From Stegostoma tigrinum (taxonomy: Eukaryota), in assembly GCF_030684315.1 (NCBI RefSeq), contig NC_081369.1:2098689-2162688 (forward strand): DNA of 64,000 nt, read 5' to 3'. Below are positions 12,440 to 26,384 of this stretch, in pieces; the stretch's first letter is position 1; each line of letters begins with the position of its first letter. The position numbers and the translations under genes were made by a program. The notes beneath the pieces were generated by a model, which worked only from the letters and a program-made list of their open reading frames with translations, did no database searches and was not told the DNA's origin.

Positions 12440-13862
12440 CCATAGCCAAAAGATTGGAGAGAGGCAGACATCATTCCCTTATTCAGAAAAGGGAATAGGG
12501 ATAACCCCAAAATTTCAGTCCAGTTAGTCTTATGTCAGTGGTGGACAAATTATTGGAACGGGCTCTGAGAGATAGGATTTATGATCACTTGGATAGGCAC
12601 AGCTTGGTTTGTGATAGTTAGCATGGATTTGTGGGGGTGGGGGGGGTAGGGGTCATTCCTCGTTGAATTCTTATTTAATTCTTTGAAGAGTTGACCAAAC
12701 ATGTGGATGAAGGTAGAGCAGTGGATGTGGTAAACATGGATTTAAGTAAGGTGTTTGATAAGGGTCCACTTGGTAGGTTCATGCAGAAAGTAAGGAGGCA
12801 TGAGATAGGGGGAATTGTGGCAGATTGAATTCAAATTTGGCTGACCTTGAGAAGACAAAGGGTGGTAGTGGATGGAAAATATTCAACATGGCGCTCAGTT
12901 ACGAATGGTGTACCACAAGGATCTGTCCTCTTCTATCTGTGATTTTTGTAAATGATTTGGCTGAAGGAGTGGAAGGGTGGATTTGTAAGTTTGCAGACAA
13001 TATGAAGGTGGCTCAAGGTGTGGAGGGCTGCTCTGGGTTACAAAGGGACATTGATAGAATGCACAGCTGGGCTGAGAAGTAGCAGATGGAGTTTAACCCT
13101 GAAAAGTGTGAGGTGATTCATTTTGGAAGGACAAACTTGAAAGCAGAATATAGGGTTACCGGAAGGATTCTTGGCAGCATGGAGGAGCGGAGGAATCTTG
13201 GGGTTCATGTTCACAGTTCCCTGAGAGCTGCCACCCAGATGGATAGAGTTGTTAAGAAAGCATGTGGTGTGTTAGCTTTCATTAATAGAGGGATTGAGAA
13301 CTATGAATTTTTCTGCTTCAGCTATACAAAAGCCTGGTGTGGTCACATATGGAGTATTGTGTCCAGTTTTGGACACATTACAGGAAAGATGTGGAAGCTT
13401 TGGAAAAGATGCAGAGGAGATTTACCAGAATTTTGCCTGGAATGGAGGTAAGGTCTTACAAAGAAAGTTTGAGAGAGCTAGGGCTTTTCTCTTTAGAATG
13501 ACGAAGGATGAGTGGTGACTTGATCGAGGTGTACAAAATGATCAGGTGTATAAATAGAGTGGACTGCCAGAGACTTTTTCCTAGAGTGGAGGTAGCTGTT
13601 ACGAGGGAGCATAGTTTTAAAGTGAGTGGAGACATCGGAGGTATGTTCTTTACTCAGAGAGTGGCAGGCCTGTAGAATGCATTGTCGGAGAGGGTAGTGG
13701 AGTCGACCTCATTTGAGGCATTTAAACAGCTATTAGATAGGCATATGGATGATAGTATAAGATAGGGGTAGAGGTTCGATAGACCTTGGGGTTAGGGAAA
13801 AAGTTCAGCACAACATTGTGGGCTGAACGGCCTGTCCTGTGCTGCACAGTTCTATGTTCTAT
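12440..13862 (+). mobile_element. CR1-type LINE (RT to 3' tail)
   Basis: [21 protein letters not shown] and ttctatgttctat tail. Same subfamily as 37826-40330 and 60991-62282. Confidence 0.9.
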
Positions 13863-14879
13863 AGCAGCAACCATGCGAATGAGAGAATGTTTAATACCAG
13901 CCTGCTCTATTCAATGTGAGGAATGCTTTATTAATGTATACATTTCAATCTTTACTCATTATTTTGTCAAATACAGAGAATCAGAGGAGGGACTTCCACG
14001 GGGTGAGATTGTAGGAAATGTCACTCGGGTGTCAGAGATTAATTACAGTGTTATGAAGGACTATGGTGAAAATGGAGGATTTGTGTTCCTTGATAAGTAT
14101 CGATTGATACACATGCTCCTTTGACCTCAGCTCCTAAATTTATTGTTTCTTGATCTTTTTTGATAAGTTCCAGTCCATAACCCTCAGATCCACCATCCTT
14201 GGAGGTCATGAGTTCAAATCTCACTCCAGAGGAAGGAGCAGAATTACAATCGAACATTCTCGGTGCAGGACAGAGTGGGTGCTGCACTGTTGGTTATGCT
14301 GTCATTTGATGAGAAATTAAATCAAAGCCTCATTGGTCTTGAAAATAGAGAATAAAGATAGCAAGCCACTTTTTCAATGGATAACAAACTTTTCTCTCAA
14401 ATGTTCAGACTGGTGTCTCTCTCTGAACTGACATTGAAGTGGAACTTATCTGATAATTTTGTCCATTACTGTTTGTCAGAGCTTGCCCTATGCAAATTGA
14501 CTTCTGCATTTTTAACACTCCTGACAGCTGTATTTTTTTTAACTTTTATTTCCTTTTCATTGAAAAACCAGGATAAGGTCATGACCCTACAATGCTACAT
14601 TTCCCTGAGAGTGAAAATAATGGCAGAGGAGACTGAGGAGCAGATATTGTGAGAATGATAAGATCAACAATGGTCAGTGAGCTTGCGTTTTGTGTTCTTT
14701 TGTGAACAAACTCAATGTCCCTGAGCATTGCATGTTGTTGATAGAAGGTTATACCTACTGTACGTTTTGACCCTTTAGGGCGCACAGTTTCTGCGCCAAG
14801 AGTGCTATTCGGACTTGAAATACCGTCTACAGCATATACACACATTTTCACTGAGGGCCGTTCCAAATGCTGTGTCCCT

Positions 14880-15860
14880 GTGGAGTTCTACAGGAGTCAG
14901 TGTTGAGACCTCAACTATTCACATTATACAAGAAATGATCTGGACCAAGGAAGCGAGGGCATCGTTGCTGTGTTTGCATATGAGATAAAGGCAGGTGGTG
15001 GGACATGTAGTGTTGATGAGGCAGGTAGGTTGCAGAAGGATTCAGATTGGCTACAAGAGTGAACAGAATAATGGCAGATGGAATACAATTTGGAAAGGTG
15101 TGAGGATTTGCATTTTGGCTCGAAGAATAGAGGCATGAACTATTTCCTAAATGGGGAAAGGCTTCAGGAATCTGAAGCACAAGGATTTAAGAGTCCTAGT
15201 TCAGGATTCTCGAAAGATCAACATGCAGGTTGGCAGTTACGAAGGTAAATGCAATGTTATCATTCATTTGGAGAGGGCTAGAATACAACAGCAGGGATGC
15301 TGGGCTGTAGAAGGCCCTGGTCAGACCGCATTTGAAATATTGTGAGCAATTTTGGGCCCTGAACGTAAAGACAGATGGGCTGGCCTTGGACAGTCCAGAG
15401 TAGGTTTACAAGAATGATCTTCGGGATGAAGTGTTTATCATATGACGAGCGGCTGAGAACTCTGGGTCTATACGTGATGGACTTTAGAAGGATAGTTGGG
15501 GGAGGAATTACAGAATACTGAGAAGCCATACTGAGACATATGGTTGATGTGGAATACTAGGACCTGAGAACACAGTCTTTGAGTAAAGAGATGACTTTTT
15601 AGAACTGAGATGAGGATAAATTTGTTCAGCCAGAGGGTGGTAAATCAGTGGAACTCTGATTGTCCCCAAAAGCTGTGGAGGCCAAAAGATTGAGTTATAA
15701 AACTGATATAGATGGATTTTTGATTTTAATAAAGGGATCAAAGGTTACAGGGAGAAGGCAAGAGAATGGGGTAGGGAAACATATCAGCCACATAGGATGG
15801 CTGAGCAGACTCAATGAGCCGAATCACCTCATTCTGCTCCAATATCTTATGGTCTTATGC
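14880..15860 (+). mobile_element. CR1-type LINE remnant
   Basis: Degenerate [10 protein letters not shown] through to the 3'UTR. Confidence 0.75.
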
Positions 15861-17679
15861 ATATTAGCAGGGATTCATGGAGTCATGATTGACAACAACA
15901 TTGACAATTGAAATGTCACTGCAGTAAGCTCCTTCTCTAAACACACAGCCGTACACAAACTCAGCAACAAGATGCTGCCAGCAATGCAACGTCAAGAATC
16001 ACAAGCCACTTGCATGTTACTGGATTGTCAAAGTGTTTCTAGGTTTCAAGAGTCCTATAGAAGTTGCTATATTCATGGTACATGGTAAGACAGGTGCTGA
16101 TGGAATTTTCCTTGAAATCAAGTTATCTGCACTGATCACTCAGACATTGATACAGTCGCAGGAATTTCCCTTGGCTTACAGTGTGATGAGGATGACCATG
16201 AAAATGATCAGAAATGCTACAGAACAGGAGCTGTTCAACGGAGAAGTTAACTCAGTAAAAAAAAATGTATCCACCTGCAGTATTCAGGGAAAAATGCATC
16301 TGACTGAAGCTTGGCAATAAATGACCTGTCAGATATCTGTACTTTTCTAAGTCTTGTTGAAAGTGTTGCATTACTGCAAACTGAGAAGGACATAAACATT
16401 TTTCCCTGTAGCTTTGATTGTTATGAATTTTCAGACAATAGCAGCAGATATTACAAATACCTCCCAGTTTCCCAACCACTGTTCCAATGAGAAGGAAACT
16501 GATACTCTGTACTCCAAGAGAACTTGGTGCATTAATTCTCCAAAGAAAAAAAAGCCCAGAAAGCTGCTGATGCTGGAAAACAGAAACAAAAATAGAAACT
16601 GTTGGAAAAACTCAGCAGTTCTGGCGACATCTATGGAGAGAAAGCAAAATTGACATTTTGGGTCCAGTGACCCTTCTTCTGAAGATTTACTTCTGTTTTG
16701 CGACAGAGTAGCAGGCAGAATAAATTCATAAATACAAAAAATTTGGGGCTTCCAAAGGGTGCTAGGTGCCATTGATTGCCCACCTCAGAGGTGTACTACA
16801 CCCAGAAGTAATAACATTCAGCAGGTGTACAGCTAGGAATAGTATCATGCTACAAGGAACAGGAAGGCTTGTTTCCACTGGAGCTTAAAATTTATTTCCC
16901 AGAGTTGAAATGTCTAATATGAGGGGGCATGCATTTAAGGTGGAGGGAGAAGGTTCAAAGGAGATATTTTTTAACACAGAGAGTGGTTGGAGGCTGGAAT
17001 GCACTATGAGGGGTGGTGATGGAGGCAGATATTATAATGCGTCCAAGACATTTTTGGATAAGTACATGAATATGCAAGGAATAGACAGCTATGGACCAAG
17101 GGCAGGCAGAAGGGGTTAGTTTGACTTGCTGTCATGTTCCGCACAACATGGTGGGCCAAAGACCAGATTCCTATGCTGTACTGTTCTACATTCTGTGAAT
17201 GAAAGGTGATTTGATTGAAGTTTATAAGGACCTATGTCTCTGTGTTCTCAGTGAATAATGCAGGTGAGCACCCATTATCCTGCCATCGATCATGATGCCT
17301 TGGAAACTTATGGTAGCTCCAAGGTAACAAGGATGGATTCGATAAGAATGTGGGAAGATTATGGTGCACAACATATGCATACAATAGACAGTCAGAAAGA
17401 TATACCTGCTTACCGAGTATAACAGAGCACACCACTGGCATACTGCAACAATACTTCCAACACATGGGTCTTCTTGGAGGAACCTGGCAATATTCAGTGG
17501 AGATTCCATTGAGGTAATGGGCTGACCTTATTTCCTTATTCACTTGTGGGACATGGGTGCCACTGGCTAGCCAACATATATTGTCTGTCTGTCCCTAGTT
17601 GCCCTTGAGAAGGTGATGGTAAGATGTCTTCTTGAGCCGCTGCAGTCCAAGTAGACCCACAATGGCAGAACCCTGAGGA

Positions 17680-18390
17680 GTATTGGAGTGCAGGTCCACA
17701 GATCATTGAAGTACCACCACAGGTAGACAAGGTAGTAAAAGAAATCTATGGCATGTTTTCCTTCATTGGAAGGGGCTTTGAGTATAAGGATAGCCATGTT
17801 ATTCCACAGCTTTGTAGAACTTTAGTTAGGCCACACTTGGAATATTAAATACAGTTCTGGTCACCACATTACGAGAAGGATGTGGATGCTTTGGAGAAGG
17901 TACAGAAAAAAAAATACCAGGGTTTTGCCTGGTATGGAGGATTTTAGCTATGATGAAATGTTGGATACACAGCATTTGTTTTGACTGGAGTGCAGGAGGT
18001 TGAGGAGCAACCTGATAGAATTTGGTAAGATTGTGAATAGCATGGATCGAGTGGAAAGTATGAGGCTTTTTTCCCAGGGTGGAAGGGTCAATTACTTGGG
18101 GACACAGGTTCAAGGTGCGAGGGGTGAAGTTTAAAACAGATGTGCAAGTCACATTTTTCACTCAATTGATGATGAGTGCCTGGAGCGTGCTGCCAGAGGA
18201 GGTGGCGGAAGCAGACACAGTAGCAGCATTCAAGAAACACCTGTATGAATACATGAATAGGAAGGGAATAGAGGAATACCAATCCTATAAATATAGGCAG
18301 TTTTAACATGGAAGGGCAATATGTGTTGGTGCAGGCTTGGAGGGCCAAAGAGGCTGTCCTTGTGCTGTATTGTTTGTTGTTCTTTGTCCT
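17680..18390 (+). mobile_element. CR1-type LINE 3' part
   Basis: LVRPHLEY..QFWSPH-like DNA and WSVLPEEV. Confidence 0.8.
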
Positions 18391-20525
18391 TACGGAGGGA
18401 ATTTTGGAATTGTGACCCAGTGACAGTGAAGGACCAGTGATTTATTTCTGAGCCAGGGTGGTGAGTGGCTTAGTAAGGAACTTCTAGATGGTAGGGGGTC
18501 CCGATATATCTGCTGCCTTTGTCCTCTTGGATGGAAATGGTTGTGGCTTTGGAAGGTGCTGTCTAAAGATCATTGGCAAATTTCTGTTATTTAGATAGTA
18601 CACACTGCTGCTATTGAGCATTGGTGATGGAAGGAATGGATGTTTGTGGATGTGGTGCCAACAGAGTGGGTTGCTTTGTCCTGGATGCTATCAGGTGTCT
18701 TCAGGTTGTTGGAGCTGCACCCATCCAGGCAAGTGGGCCAATTCCATCACACTCCTGATTTGTGCCTTGTAGATGCTGGATAGTCTTTAGAGAGTCAGGA
18801 GGTGAGTTACTTGCTACAGTATTCCTAGCCTTTTTGCCACTGTATCATTATGGTGAGTCCAGTTGAGTTTGGGTAATCTCCAGGATGTTGATAGTGGGGG
18901 ACAAATCTTCCACATTATTGTGTAGGTGCCAATATTGTAACTATACTAGAAAAGCTTGGCCTGGACTGCACCAAGTTCTGGAGCACCAGTTGCACGTTGC
19001 CCAGCCCGACCATCAGAAGAGCACAGCATTTTCTACCTATGTTGACCAACAGAAAGGACAGAAACAGAATGAGGAGGAAGAGTAAGTGAAGGAGAGAGAG
19101 CAGGAGATGAAAGAAGAGAGGAATAGAAAACACATTAAGCACTTTTTCAGCCAAACTGACCTTGACTGACTGACTGACTGTAAACCAACAAACACAACCC
19201 CAATCTCACATTCACAAACCTTCCATATCTTTGCTTGCTTCTGTTGCTGACCATCACAGCATCTTCTTGGTAATAATGCTCAACAGAAAATCAATATAAG
19301 CATTGCAAACCTAACTTACAAAGTAGAGCATGCCACACTGCATGCAAATATTAATTGTCATTCTGGTGCCTTTGATGTCTGGGTCTCATGTCTTTTTGTC
19401 TGTTATTGTGTTCCTATGCAATAATCCAGTCCACCAGTTTTAGAAAGGGTATTAACAAGCTGGAGAGGGTTCAGAAAAGACTCAACAGGATGTTGCTGGG
19501 AATGGAAGACTTGAGTTATCGGGGAAGGCCAGTTCAGCTGGGACTTTTTCACTGGAGAAAAGGATAGTGAGGAATGATCTTATAGAAGGTTTTAAAATCA
19601 CGAGGGGTAATGACAGGTGTCTTATCCCTATGATGGGGGATTTCAAGACTAGGGGGCATAATTTTAAGATGAGAAGAGAAAGATTGAAAAATGACATGAG
19701 GGGCAACATTTTTACACAGAGTGGTTTGCATGTTGAATGGGCTTCCAGAGAAAATGATGAATGTGGATTCAGTTACAATGTTTAAAAGACAAAATTACGG
19801 TCGCATGGACTGGTTGGACTGAAGGGTCTGTTTCCATGCTGTATGATTCTATGACTCCCAATACCTGTTGCATGAGTCATGGAAAGTTGTTGCATTTCAT
19901 GCAAGATGACTGCTGCTGTTCTTAGAGTATGACTGTGAGCAGCCTTAGGACCACAAAGTAGGTCTTGCTACTTCACCTTATTTGATGCAGTTGAGGCTGG
20001 TTGGCAGTAAAAGGCACTGATAGTGTGGCACTGTGGAGCATTAAACACAGTAATCCTGAGAAAGGATCTTTGTGCTGTGCTGCCACTTCCTTGTGAAAGT
20101 GCCTTAATAACCGTAGTACTTACTTGGAGGGCTGTGACACACAGCCTGTCATTTTGAACATTGATCTTTGTAGTCATGATGAAAGCAATCTAAGCTTGCA
20201 TGACTGCATTGACCTTTATATAGCTGATATCTGAGCTTCTGCACACCACTGGATGTTGGGCACTTCCTGCTTGTTCTCCCATTTGAAGCTGCTACATTGG
20301 CCATCAGACACAGCTTCATTTTCTGGTCCACAGTAGTCATAATGTAGTTGCCCACTTTTCTTTCTTGCAAGTTTCTAAGCAGAACTCTGTGCCCTTTGGT
20401 GTTCTGACAGGGCAGCAAATGTCTCCTTGTTCAGGCCTGTATCCTCTTATTGTATAATGTTCTGGTCACTATATTACAGGAAAGATGAGCTCACTTTGGA
20501 ATGTATACACAGAAAATGTGAACAA

Positions 20526-21220
20526 TGGGGGAGGTGCTGGCCTGGTGCTATTATCGCTAGACTATTAACCCAGACACTCAGCTAATGTTCTGGGGACCCA
20601 GGTTCAAATCGCACACAACACAATTCAATAAAATATCTGGAATTAAGAATCTACTAATGACTAATGAAATCATTGTCAAATGTCTGATGTCCTTCAGAGA
20701 AGGAAATCTGCCATCCTCAAATAGTCTGACCTACATGTGACTCCAGACCCACAGCAATGTGGTTGACTCCTAACTGTCTTCTAAAATGGCCTGACAAACA
20801 TTCTGATGTACTAATTGCTACAAAGCCTCAAAGATATGAAACTGGACACTTCACCTGGCATCAACCTAGGCACCGGAAAAGACAACAGAAGGAAAAGCCC
20901 TGTTGGCCCTGCAAAATCCTCCTTTCTAACATCTGGGGGTGAGGGCCAAAATTGGGAGACATGTCTCAGAGACTAGTAAAGCAACAGCCTGACATGGTCA
21001 TGCTTGCAGAACTTATACCTTACAGACAATGTCCCAGCCACCACCATCACCCATCCTTGGATATGCTCTGACCCAGCAGCAAGACAGACCCAGCAGAGGT
21101 GGCATCACAGTGCTGTAGAGTCAGGATGGAGTTTCTCTGGGAGTCTTCAACTTGATTCTAAGCCCCATAAATTCTCATTGGTTCAGAATAATGGCCAAGG
21201 AAACTTTCTGCTGACTGATT
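20526..21220 (+). mobile_element. Non-LTR element 5' end: tRNA-like head followed by APE endonuclease N-terminus
   Basis: Head tggcctggtg...ggttcaaatc, then DNA encoding degenerate LSNIWG...RLVKQQPDMVML. Related copies at about 50215-50700 (+) and 30500-30900 (-). Confidence 0.55.
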
Positions 21221-21534
21221 AAGCATGTTGACATTCCTGTGAGCCAAGGACCTGCTTTAAGCCGAACACATATGTTGACGATGATTCCCCAAATGCTCAC
21301 GTTTATGATAATTTCCAGTCCCCTTCTTCCACAAGAGGCTAGTTCTAATCCTTTAGTAACAGCAACTAATTGATAACTAACTAGAGATCAATTATGTTCT
21401 CCTCTAGTCTGTATTCATTAATGCTACAATTGACATTCTGAGGGATATAAATCTTGAATATCATTATAAATTCACCATTATTTATGTTGTTTTGAATCAG
21501 CAGATACATACTTATCTTCTATTTTATTCAGTCA

Positions 21535-21833
21535 TCATAGAATCATGGAAATAGGCTCTTCGGCCCAACAAGTCCACACCGACCTTCAGAGCATCCCACC
21601 CAGACTCATACCCTTGTAACCCACCTAATCTACATATCCCTGAATGCCAATGGCAATTTAGCATGGCCAATCCACCTAACTTGCACATCCTTCGTGGAAA
21701 CCGAAGCACCCGGCAGAAACCCACGCTGACACAGGGAGAATTTGCAAACTCCACACAGACAGTCGCCCGAGGGTGGAAATGACCCCAGTCCCTGGTACTG
21801 TAAGGCAGCAGTGCTAACCACTGAGCCACCGTG
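21535..21833 (-). mobile_element. HE1-type V-SINE
   Basis: Reverse complement of the same SINE head, core and tail. Confidence 0.85.
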
Positions 21834-22562
21834 CTTGCCTCAGAGTCCTGGTATTTCAGTCTGTAAAATGGTCAGATGTTTTATCCTGAAGTTTAGTTTA
21901 TTTGGCAGGATTTTTGGTTTGTTAATCTGGCAGGATGATGTTGAGAGGGTAGGGACAGAGCTACTGCATCTCATCCATTTAGCCACGTGGTGGTAGCAGA
22001 GACCAGCAATGTGAGCTCTTGCTGCCTGAAACTGCAGCCTCTGCTCAGGATTAGTGTTGGTCAGTCAAAACTGAAACAGAAGCTTCAAGTGTCCTGATAT
22101 TCATATACTAGATGAACCAGTATGAAAGATGCACATTTTGAGATCCTTTGCAGGTTTAAACTTCTCATGGGCAATGGTCCTGCATATGAAATCCTTCAGA
22201 AGAGCCTCCAACTTTGAGTTAGAGCAATACACTTCAGAAAGGGTCTGACTCACTTTCCTTGGTGGAAGGATTAAAAGCAGTTTTTCATTAACCACACCAC
22301 TGCCCTCCTTCAACTCCCACTGGACTCTCCAATTCTTCCTTATGATATCCAACTCACCTGGCCAAGACCCCCGACCTGAACCAACAAGCTAACATAACTG
22401 TTCCTCCCCGACTCCCAACCGTGACTCATTCAAACTGTCTCTAGATCTATGACCTGACTGGATAAACACCTGGCCTGACTCAATTACCAGCGTTAATGAC
22501 TCAGTGGTATTTTAACCAAGTGGCCAGCATTGTATATATTGTATAAGCTACTGCAGCACGAT

Positions 22563-22762
22563 TGCTTGGTTAGCACTGTTGCCTCAGCGCGCCAGGACCT
22601 GGGTTCAATTCCAGCCTTGGGCGACTGTGTATGTGGTGTTTGCAAGTCCTCCTTGTGCCTATGTGGCTTTCCTCTGGGTGCTCTATTTTCTTCCCACAGA
22701 CCAAAGATGGGCTGGTTAGGGTGGATTGGCCATGTTAAATTGCCCAGTGTGCATTGTCCACA
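22563..22762 (+). mobile_element. HE1-type V-SINE, partial
   Basis: ggttagcactgttgcctcagcgcgccaggacctgggttcaattcc head and V core. Confidence 0.75.
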
Positions 22763-24779
22763 GGCATACTCATGGCCTTCTGTACCTGTTGGGCCCTTGC
22801 TATTTATTCCTTTGTGGAATGCTGGCATCACTGTTTAGTCCAGGACTTGTTTCCAATTTCTAAGTGCCCTGCAGAGTCAGCCACACTGCTGTCGATCTGG
22901 ATTCACATATCAGCCAAACCAGATAAAGATGGCAGACGTCCTTCCCTGAAAGGTATTGATGAGCCAGCTTTTATTTTGCCGAAATTGGTGTTGGCTATGT
23001 TGTCACTTTTACTGAAACTAGCTTTCAATTCCAAATATTAATTAAATTTATTTTTCACAAGTTGATGTTGTTGGATTGGAGCTCACATCCTCAAATAATT
23101 AGTTTGGACTTGTAGTTTATGGATCCAGCAGCATTACCACAATGTCATCATCTCTTTGCATTAAACCCCAACATTGCACTCTAATTTGAATCTTGTAACT
23201 CGAATTTTGTTATAATGCGCCTTTAAGGGCTAGAACCCTTTCATCTGTCTATTTTGGTTTAATTTCCTTGAACTTGATTCATTTGATTAAACCCTTTTAA
23301 AATTGCACAAAATAGCTTCCCAAATTGGTCTTTTTAGCAGAAGATTCCAATCCAGGAAATTCAAGTTTAATTAAGGTATGTGATTCTGAACAGAAAACCT
23401 AAGCTGATTGTCAGGATGGCAAGCCATGGCTAGTGGAGTACCCCAAAGACCAGTGCTTTGACCCCAACTATTTAAAATCTGTATCAATAATTTGGATGTG
23501 TACACCAAATGTAAAATTTATTTTTTTAAGTTCCTCCCTCAATTACATTTTTCAGTTTATCACTGCTACTGAAATGTTTCCTGCATCTGCTAAAGACTGA
23601 TGCAAAACATCTTTTCAGTTAATCTGACAGTTCCTTATTTATCATTCTTGATTCTCCCACATCACTTTCTAAAGTTTCAATGCTTGTTTTGCTAGCTATA
23701 ATCTTTTTATTCACATGCTTTTTTTAAAAAAATTACTTTCTGTATTTATATTCCTGGCTAGCTTTCCCTTACGGTCTAATTTTTCACTTCTTATTGATTT
23801 TTGGCCACTCTATGCCATTTTTTCATATTCTACCCAATCATCTGACCCGCCAACTATTTTTGAGTAATTATATGAATTTTCCTTTTAGTTTGACACTATG
23901 TTTAATGTTCATATTTAACCAGATCATAGGTCTATCCCTTAGAATATTCTTTCTCAATATAATATATCTATACTGTGTATTTTGAAATATCCAGTTAAAT
24001 GTTTGCTGCTGCATTCCTATTTTCCCTTTAGAAGGTGATGGTGAGCTGCCTTCTTGAAACCTTGTATTCTATTTGGTTTAAATAGACCCATACAAAGACA
24101 CCGAAGGGATAGTGACAGAGTTCCAAGTCAGGGTGGTGAGGGCCTTGGAGGGCCACATCGAGGTGGTGGTACTTCTATATATCTGCAGCCTTGTTCTCCT
24201 AAATAGTAGAGATCATGGCTTTGGATGTTGTTGTCTAAGGAACCTTGATGAATTTCTGCATGGTTCCTTGTAGTTGGTAAATTTTGTTCCTAGTGATAGT
24301 GGAAGGATTCAAAGTTTGTAGATGTGGTGCCAAGCAGGTGACTGCTTTGCCCTCGGTGATGTCTAGCTTCTTGAGTATTGTTAGAGCCGTACTCATTTCA
24401 GCAGGAAATAACTTGCGCCTTCTAGAAGGTGGACAGGATTTAGGGAGTCAAGAGATAAATTACTTACCGCAGGACTCCTAGTCTCTGATCTTTTCTATTT
24501 TTCTATTTATATAGTCAGTCCAGTTCAGTTTCCTGTCAGTAGTAATCCACTGAATGTGGATTCAGTGATGGCAATGTCAAGAGGTGATTGTTGGTTTCTC
24601 TTTTTGGAGATGGTCATTGCCTGGCAGTTGTCATTACTGGAATGTGAATGTCACGAACTGTGAATGTTTCTTGTTAGTATTTGATAAATGGTGACAAGCT
24701 CCTCACATTGACTGCACAGAACCCTGTTTATTGTCCTGCATATGCTTTTAGTGGCTATATAAACCATGAAAATTGAATA

Positions 24780-25400
24780 CTTCCTCCGCCACTGCAAGTT
24801 CTTCTTCACCCGAAATTAGATGTTCCAGACCTGACACTGAGTAAGCAATACAACCATCTTGCTGTGAGCTCTTTGCTGCAGAGAATGCTGGCAATCCCCT
24901 TTACTATACTCACCCTTACTTCACCAATTTCTTTCTTACTCCCTTTCATCAATGGCTTCCTGTCCCACATGCCAGGATCATTTAATTCTCCTTTGTAACT
25001 GTCACTCTCACCCAAACAAGCAGAAAGAACCTCTAACCTGTGGATGATTGGAAAGTCAAGGAACATTGCTCCTTCCTTTGGAGTCCATTAATCTCCTTCA
25101 CTTGTAAACACAAACTACTGTCCCTGAACACTGATCAAATCAGGCGACCAAATCTTAAGGAGTGTCTACCTCTTGGTAGTCGGAATCCATGTAACTTTGT
25201 GACAACCCTTGATGCATCACAGTGTCTGCAGTTCAGTCTCCAGCTTATATAATCTGTGACAAATCTCCTTGAACTTTAAACATTTTCTGCAAATCTGTTT
25301 CTTCGGGATCAAACTGGCATTCAGAAACTCCTGTTTAGTACAACTGTGAGAGATTATGTATCCAGCTATGCTTATTATATCCTTTTTTAAAGAAAATACT
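24780..25400 (-). mobile_element. CR1 ORF1 (SGNH esterase) remnant
   Basis: SIVKGIASILCS...LYCLLSVRS resembles the CR1 ORF1 motif DSIVRG.D..FC...VCCLPGAR. Confidence 0.5.
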
Positions 25401-26384
25401 TCATTATTTCATTTGATTGTATATTTACTTTAAGTATATTGTGCTAACATACCACAAGTTTCTATACTATGTTGAAATTTATAAATAACAAAACTTAGTT
25501 ACTTACCCAAAACTCACCAAGTAACCAACTTCTCATGTAGCAGAACATTAATTAATTCCTGAGGCTGCAAATATTTCAGAACATTAAAATTAAAAGTAAC
25601 ACATTACCTATTTCTCTTCTCCCCCTAACTTCCCTTTATCACTGATCTCTGGCATACTGTTGTAAGACTCGCCAAAGTGCTATGTCCCCCTAAGTTGGCT
25701 AGCTTTGTCTATCTAAAAGGATGAAAAAATGCTGACTCAACCCACTCGATGAGGTGCGATTCAAATGTTATTTTTAAAATAATCTGTTCTTTCACTGGAA
25801 TCCTTATCAAAATCCTAGTTAAACCATGTAACCCAAATATGGAATTTAAACTGTGGTTTCCAGGACAATTCAAACTACAAATGACAAAATAAGATTGTTG
25901 CAAAATAAAGAAGTTCCTATGCAACAAATGCAAATACTAAATGCTAAGTTAAGCCATGTTTCTGAGATGAATTTATATGTCCTAAGGCAAAAGGCCTTTT
26001 TGACCCACTCGACGTGAATCCAGTTGGAGTTGCTTCTTAATTAAGCCGAATTGCTCTCTCATAGGAGACTCTTTTTAAATACTTATACAAGACTGGCAAC
26101 TAGGGACTGTGAATTTTCAATCTCAGGTTCATGGAAATTATTAACTACAAATAAAACTGGATTAGTACAACATGAATATGTAGAAATTCTTACCAAGTGG
26201 TAACTACTGTCAGCATTCAGTCTTAAAGAAGATTAACCGTTAACTCAGCATCAGCGAAACCAAACTCCTGCAGCAGTCCTCCACAAACAAGCACATAAAC
26301 CTTCAATGACTGTAATTGATGGGGTGACTATAGAAGTTATTGAAGGGTTCCCATATCTCAGCAGTTATTTTCATTGAGGTAGGT

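Noticed and set aside
18915-19154. Hydrophobic ORF resembling a TM segment
   Set aside because: Reverse of low-complexity purine-rich DNA next to a repeat; no supporting splice sites.
26190-26370. Possible TM exon on the minus strand (VYVLVCGGLL...)
   Set aside because: Stops in the phase-1 frame. The plus strand reads like a decayed RTE-type LINE (IDGVTIEVIEGFPYLS).
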